Shown here one piece after another: positions 12,301 through 16,352 of a stretch of DNA of 16,352 nucleotides. This DNA comes from Paraspadella gotoi (taxonomy: Eukaryota > Animalia > Chaetognatha). The stretch covers positions 1 through 16,352 of the forward strand of contig JBJCIZ010001081.1 in assembly GCA_051294375.1 (NCBI GenBank), in the 5' to 3' direction. A program made the position numbers and the translations under genes. Each line of letters opens with the position of its first letter. The stretch's first letter is position 1. The notes under the pieces were generated by a model that had not been told where the DNA came from, made no database searches, and saw only the letters and a program-made list of their open reading frames with translations.

Positions 12301-12489
12301 TATATCATCGTCGAAAAAGGCGAGAAAACATTTAAAATCGAAATACCGGGACGAGGAATAGAAACAATATCTGTCGACCGTCTAAAGCCGGCAGTCCTTG
12401 ACACAGAACGCCCTCCACCAACTCCTCCTCAAGCACCACGCCGAGGGCGACCACGCATCATCTCAATCCCACAAATCGTTCCCCCACCC
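9298..12489 (+). CDS. pol: Pol polyprotein (protease, RT, RNase H, integrase); main part of ORF 9226..12648, whose last 53 codons (incl. stop) are read-through into the insertion
   Basis: PR LVDGGSE and ILGADFL; RT WASPL, RPCGDYRRLN, IDLCKGYHQI, MPFGLKNA, YLDD (10324-10335); RH VDAS, DKELLA, SDH, NVVADTLSR; IN H-X3-H...CDAC, HVDLVGP, TTDRG, NGMVERLH, YDGPY. Confidence 0.96.
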
Positions 12490-13176
12490 CACAATGTTAT
12501 AATTTTGAAAAAGGGCCTCCAGGTTTACGCCACTGCTCTTCCTCGGTCCGCCTATCTCGTACACAATGTTATATTTGAAAAAGGGCCTCCAGGTAACGCC
12601 CTGCTCTTCCTCTCGTCCGCTATCTCGTACACCAATGTTATATTTTGAAAAAGGGCCTCCAGGGAATTGCCTGCTCCTTCCTCCGTTCCCTATCTCTACA
12701 CAATGTTATATTTTGAAAAAGGCCTCCAGGTTTAACGCCCTGCTCCTCCTCCGTCCGCCTATCCGTAGCACAATGTTATATTTTGAAAAAGGAGCTCCAG
12801 GTTAACGCCCTGCTCCTTCCTCCGTCCGCCTATCTCGTACACAATGTTATATTTTTTGAAAAGGCCTCCAGTTACGCCCTGCTCTTCCTCCGTCCGCCTA
12901 TCTCGTACACAATGTATATTTTGAAAAAGGGCCTCCAGTTAATGCCCTGCTCCTTCCTCCGTCCGCCTATCTCGTACACAATGTTATACTTGAAAAAGGC
13001 CTCCAGTTAACGCCTGCTCCTTCCTCCGTCCGCCATACTCGTACACAATGTTATATTTGAAAGGGCCTCAGCGTAACGCCCATGCTCTTCCTCCGTCCGC
13101 CTTCTCGTACACAATGTTATATTTTGAAAAAGCCTCCAGGTTAACGCCCTGCTCCTTCCTCCGTCCGCCCTACTCT
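12490..13176 (+). repeat. Tandem array of 10 units of ~70 bp, each a copy of the transposon left end
   Basis: Units start at 12490, 12562, 12630, 12699, 12769, 12840, 12908, 12977, 13044, 13110. Consensus by eye CACAATGTTATATTTTGAAAAAGG(G)CCTCCAGGTTAACGCCCTGCTCCTTCCTCCGTCCGCCTATCTCGTA. Confidence 0.95.
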
Positions 13177-13606
13177 CTCTTCCTGTGTCGTCCTTTTGGC
13201 AATGGTTATGGATCATGCCAACATCACACCCACCCCGATTGTATCACCAATTTATCATTACAATATACTCTAGAAATATTTAATCTTTTACTTTTTAGTT
13301 TGAATAATAATGACATCAATCCTAATAAAACTAGAATATTTATATCATTCAGACATAACTTTGTATTGTATTTCTAAGGCATAATTTTTGTTTTTCGCTA
13401 TTAAATCTTTATCAAATATTTTTAAGAAATAGATATTAAAGCTAAATATGCAATAAGACTCACTTTTTGCTTGGTCCCTGGATGGATCACTAATTGTCCA
13501 TTTCTCTTATTTCCACATTCGTCAGGTTAACTCTCAGAATTATTAAATATTGTAAAATATAAGATCGGACAAAAAAATCTAAAAGAATAGGATCGAGCCT
13601 CCTTCA

Positions 13607-13840
13607 ATAATAACAAATATTGATGCGATTATAACCAAAGGATTGATGCGATGATACCAAATGATTGATGCATGATAACAAATATTGATGCGATTGATAA
13701 CCAAAAAAAATAATTGATGTGATGATAACATTAATTGATGCGATGATAACCAAATGATCGATGTGATGATAACCAATATGATTGATGTGTAATAACCAAA
13801 TGGTTGATGCGATGATAGTCATTCATTGATGTGATGATTA
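13607..13840. repeat. Minisatellite, about 10 copies of ~22-23 bp (ATTGATGCGATGATAACCAAATG)
   Basis: Directly visible recurrence of TTGATG(C/T)GATGATAAC. Confidence 0.88.
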
Positions 13841-13880
13841 CATTCATCATAAATAAAACAAACAAATACGTGTATGAGTG

Positions 13881-13892
13881 AAAGAGGAGAGA

Positions 13893-13928
<36 letters not shown>

Positions 13929-14190
13929 AGAGAGAAGAGAGAGAGAAAGAAAGAGAATAATCCAAGAAAATCTCGGATGTAAATTTGGATTTTGTATTGA
14001 GAAAATGAATAAATGGCGATAATAAAAGTTTTCAGAAAAGAAAAAAATAATCAGAATTTTTTACAAAACAACGATGCACGCAAAATCGTACAGAGAGAGA
14101 GAGAAAGACAGAGAGATAGAGAGAGAGAAGAGAGAGACGAGAGAAGAGAGAGAAGAAGAGACAGAGAGAGAGAGAAGAAAGAGAGAAACA
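13881..14190. repeat. (AG)n microsatellite tracts (13881-13955, 14092-14190)
   Basis: Directly visible. Confidence 0.88.
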
Positions 14191-14559
14191 TCAGACACAA
14201 ACGTTGTCATGGTGGATGAAACAACAGACAACGATGACGCGAAGACTATAAAACGATGACATTGAAGACAATGTGGAAGAAGAGATACAACAAGAGAAAA
14301 CGACAAAGCAGAAGACATTGAGAAGAGGATGAGAAAAGAGGAAAAGAAAAGGACAATGACAGAAACGATGCGACTTTAAGACGACAAATATCGCAAAACT
14401 TATAAAAACAAGAAACCGTAATTCAAAATGTGTTGCGCCGCAGTAACTCCTTATACACGTGTATCTCATCGTGACATGACATGACGTACATGACCTTACG
14501 TGACATGACATAAAACTGAGTCGGTGCAGGCAGGCCAGATTCCCCCATGTTTATATTTT

Positions 14560-15420
14560 TTTAATTTCGGATATCTGATGGGTTTACTGGTTGGGCTTGT
14601 TACTCATTAAAACAGTAAAACGCAAAAAATTCGCTTCAACCCTACATCAATGTAATCTCGGGCAAAGCTGTTAAACCTAATTTCTTCCCTTTTATAAGAA
14701 ACCTCATTAAACCAAACCTCATCAAAGTAAAAAAAAAAAAATTGGAAAAAATAGAAAACCCTACAGTGTTTGAAATTTGAATGTCTTTCTTTTTTATTTT
14801 GGGAGTAGTTTCATTGCCAAAGCTTGTTTCTCCCTTAAAAACTCAAAATCGCTAAAATCCGCATTAACCTCGAATGTCTCTGGAACCTGATGTGAACCTG
14901 TAAACCTGACAATGATACTAAGTTTAGGATAAAACCTGGGTAAACGAAGATATATAGAAAGTCGATCAAAGAAAAATATGAAAAACCTAGTTCTTTCTTT
15001 GTTATTTTCGATGATTGACTTATTAACTGGTGAGCGTTATATTTTCTTTCTTAAAACTCAAAAACCGCTTAAATCCGCTACAGACCGTAATAGCCAAAAC
15101 CTAGTACTAACTAATAAAACTATTGTCCAATTTTTAATATGATAAACCTGAGTAAACGAGTAACTACAAAAAAAAATTTCAATTTCAGGAACGTAGTTAA
15201 TTTCTGATATATTTTGAATCCATTTCATAATTTAGTACCTCATTGGCAAAAAATCAATTCTCTCTTAATTTTATGAATCGCTATTAATCGCATTAACTGA
15301 GGATCAAGGAAACCTTTCTTGACCTAAGAAACCCATAGATATTGTCAGATGTGATAAACCTGGGTAAACGAGTGACCTATAGTAAAAAATTGTTTTTGTA
15401 ATTTTTAAAGGAAAAATATG
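14560..15420. repeat. Degenerate ~213-bp tandem repeat, 3-4 copies, towards the right end of the insertion
   Basis: AAACCTG(G/A)GTAAACGA at 14932, 15144, 15356 (212-bp spacing); CTTAA...CGCT...CGC motif at 14834, 15050, 15264 and more weakly at 14605. Confidence 0.75.
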
Positions 15421-15783
15421 TTGGACTAATATAAGTAAAAAATATATTACTATGTTAGAAAAAAAAGATACGCATTTGGACTTTTGGATATGATAAAAGG
15501 TGAGACGTCTAGCTTTCTAACGCCGTATCATTTATTACAATTGACAATGATATTAGAAAATGACAGGTAGAATAAGAAAAAGTTTTTTATTTTAGAGAAG
15601 CTAAAAGAGAGGTCGAAAGATAAGAAAGAAAGTTACGAATTTTTCGAATCTTTTTTTGGGTCAAAATCCCCGCAAGACCATTCACTTGTCATTAAAACTA
15701 TTGAAATCGAATTCGGTGACTGACCTTTTTCGCTCCTTCTGAAATTTTTATTTTTTCCTGGAGGCATGTATCAGCGTGCACCC

Positions 15784-15912
15784 CCACCCGCCACTCCCTC
15801 AACCATCAAGATTATGGAAAGACAAACGAGAGCGATCCCCAATCTCGTAAACATCCTTCCGTCGATGTTACAACCGCCAAATGACAAGGAAGACGATCAA
15901 CTGTTCTCATAG
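15784..15912 (+). CDS. pol: Displaced C-terminal tail of pol (42 codons plus TAG)
   Basis: Joined to 12489 it continues in frame: ...PQIVPPP|PPATPSTIKIMERQTRAIPNLVNILPSMLQPPNDKEDDQLFS*, ending just before the PPT. Confidence 0.75.
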   Translation, partial: PPATPSTIKIMERQTRAIPNLVNILPSMLQPPNDKEDDQLFS

Positions 15913-15938
15913 ACTTCTCCCCTCTGGGCCAAAGTCTC

Positions 15939-15948
15939 AGCGGGGGGA
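15939..15948 (+). promoter_or_regulatory. Polypurine tract
   Basis: AGCGGGGGGA, 2 nt before the 3' LTR start TGTGGCA. Confidence 0.8.
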
Positions 15949-15950
15949 TG

Positions 15951-15989
15951 TGTGGCACCGCAACCTTCAAATCTCGATCAAGATTCTCT
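15951..15989 (+). repeat. 3' LTR, first 39 bp only
   Basis: TGTGGCACCGCAACCTTCAAATCTCGATCAAGATTCTCT matches 7826-7865. TGTGGCA is the inverted repeat of the LTR-terminal TGCCACA. Confidence 0.88.
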
Positions 15990-16182
15990 AGAGAGAGAAT
16001 CCGTCAGTCCGTGCACTTTAAGCAAAAACACACGCCAATTACTCGTGATTGGTGGATGGATTCTGAATAAATTTTTGTGTGTGAGTTAGGGAAGTGTGTG
16101 ATTGAGTTGGATTATGACAGTTTCGTATGGTAATCGTCCGAGTGAAATGAGCTTTAAATGGAAAAAAACAAAAAATATATTT

Positions 16183-16351
16183 TGTGGGCATTGATTGTTA
16201 ACGAGAACGAAGGTTCAGATCGAGAATGATTTGTTACATTCTCCAGCAGTAACAAGCGATTAACAATAACAATACTACGTCTGACTATTTACAGGACATA
16301 AAGTAAGGACACGTGAGGACAAGTGTTGAATAACTGAACCTAGTTGAAGAG
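16183..16351 (-). repeat. Inverted LTR segment equivalent to 7866-8034
   Basis: Reverse complement aligns with the 5' LTR at roughly 90% by eye (e.g. TGTCCTGTAAATAGTCAGACGTAGTATTGTTATTGTT, ATCATTCTCGATCTGAACCTTCG). Not followed by a PBS; runs to the window edge. Confidence 0.92.
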
Positions 16352-16352
16352 T

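Larger units (their letters stand above)
12490..15778. mobile_element. Non-autonomous Transib/RAG-like DNA transposon (3,289 bp) nested in pol
   Basis: CACCC direct repeat at 12485-12489 and 15779-15783. Ends are CACAATG... and ...CAGCGTG (reverse complement CACGCTG), and both carry GCCTCCAGG in inverted orientation. Removing the insert restores the pol frame. No transposase ORF seen, so the superfamily call rests on ends and TSD only. Confidence 0.78.
7826..16352 (+). mobile_element. Ty3/gypsy LTR retrotransposon, CsRn1-like clade, interrupted by a nested insertion and with a rearranged 3' LTR
   Basis: LTR-PBS-gag-pol(PR-RT-RH-IN)-PPT-LTR order. The CHCC gag motif and tRNA-Trp-type PBS are known CsRn1-clade characters. 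Confidence 0.93.

Noticed and set aside
12490-13176. CRISPR array
   Set aside because: Units are contiguous near-identical repeats with no unique spacers, there are no cas genes, and the context is eukaryotic.
200-13176. V(D)J-like locus (Ig exons plus RSS-like array)
   Set aside because: The array is ~10 kb from the Ig-like exons, lies inside a retrotransposon and flanks no gene segments. Nothing links them.
12566-14511. env-like third ORF or transposase after pol
   Set aside because: Short ORFs are repeat translations inside the insertion, with no DDE, zinc-finger or envelope features.
12481-15789. 9-bp TSD CCCCCACCC (Mutator-like)
   Set aside because: That boundary leaves no matching inverted termini. 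The 5-bp CACCC model gives CAC...GTG ends, and the extra match is explained by the proline-codon run at the target.
15982-16001. Residual PacBio hairpin adapter at the LTR break
   Set aside because: Only a CTCT/GAGAG resemblance. The adapter loop is absent and the left half is genuine LTR sequence.

Overview
Eukaryotic (animal, probably invertebrate) DNA rich in AG/CT simple repeats. It appears to carry many small indels, so it may be an error-prone long-read assembly. 1-7800: intron/exon-like sequence with frameshifted traces of two convergent host genes, a multi-Ig-domain gene on + (~200-2935) and a GT8-family glycosyltransferase on - (~4545-6860). 7826-16352: a CsRn1-clade Ty3/gypsy LTR retrotransposon with 5' LTR, tRNA-Trp-like PBS, CHCC-type gag, -1 frameshift, unbroken PR-RT-RH-IN pol and PPT. 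Its 3' LTR is split, with the second part inverted. The main find is a 3,289-bp non-coding insertion (12490-15778) in the integrase tail, with CAC...GTG ends and a 5-bp TSD (CACCC), the Transib/RAG-like transposon signature. Both ends are bipartite like V(D)J signals: a CAC-x-x-TG heptamer, a spacer, then the 9-mer GCCTCCAGG. Spacers are about 16-18 bp on the left and 6 bp on the right, roughly one helical turn apart. The whole left end is repeated as a 10-copy ~70-bp tandem array.
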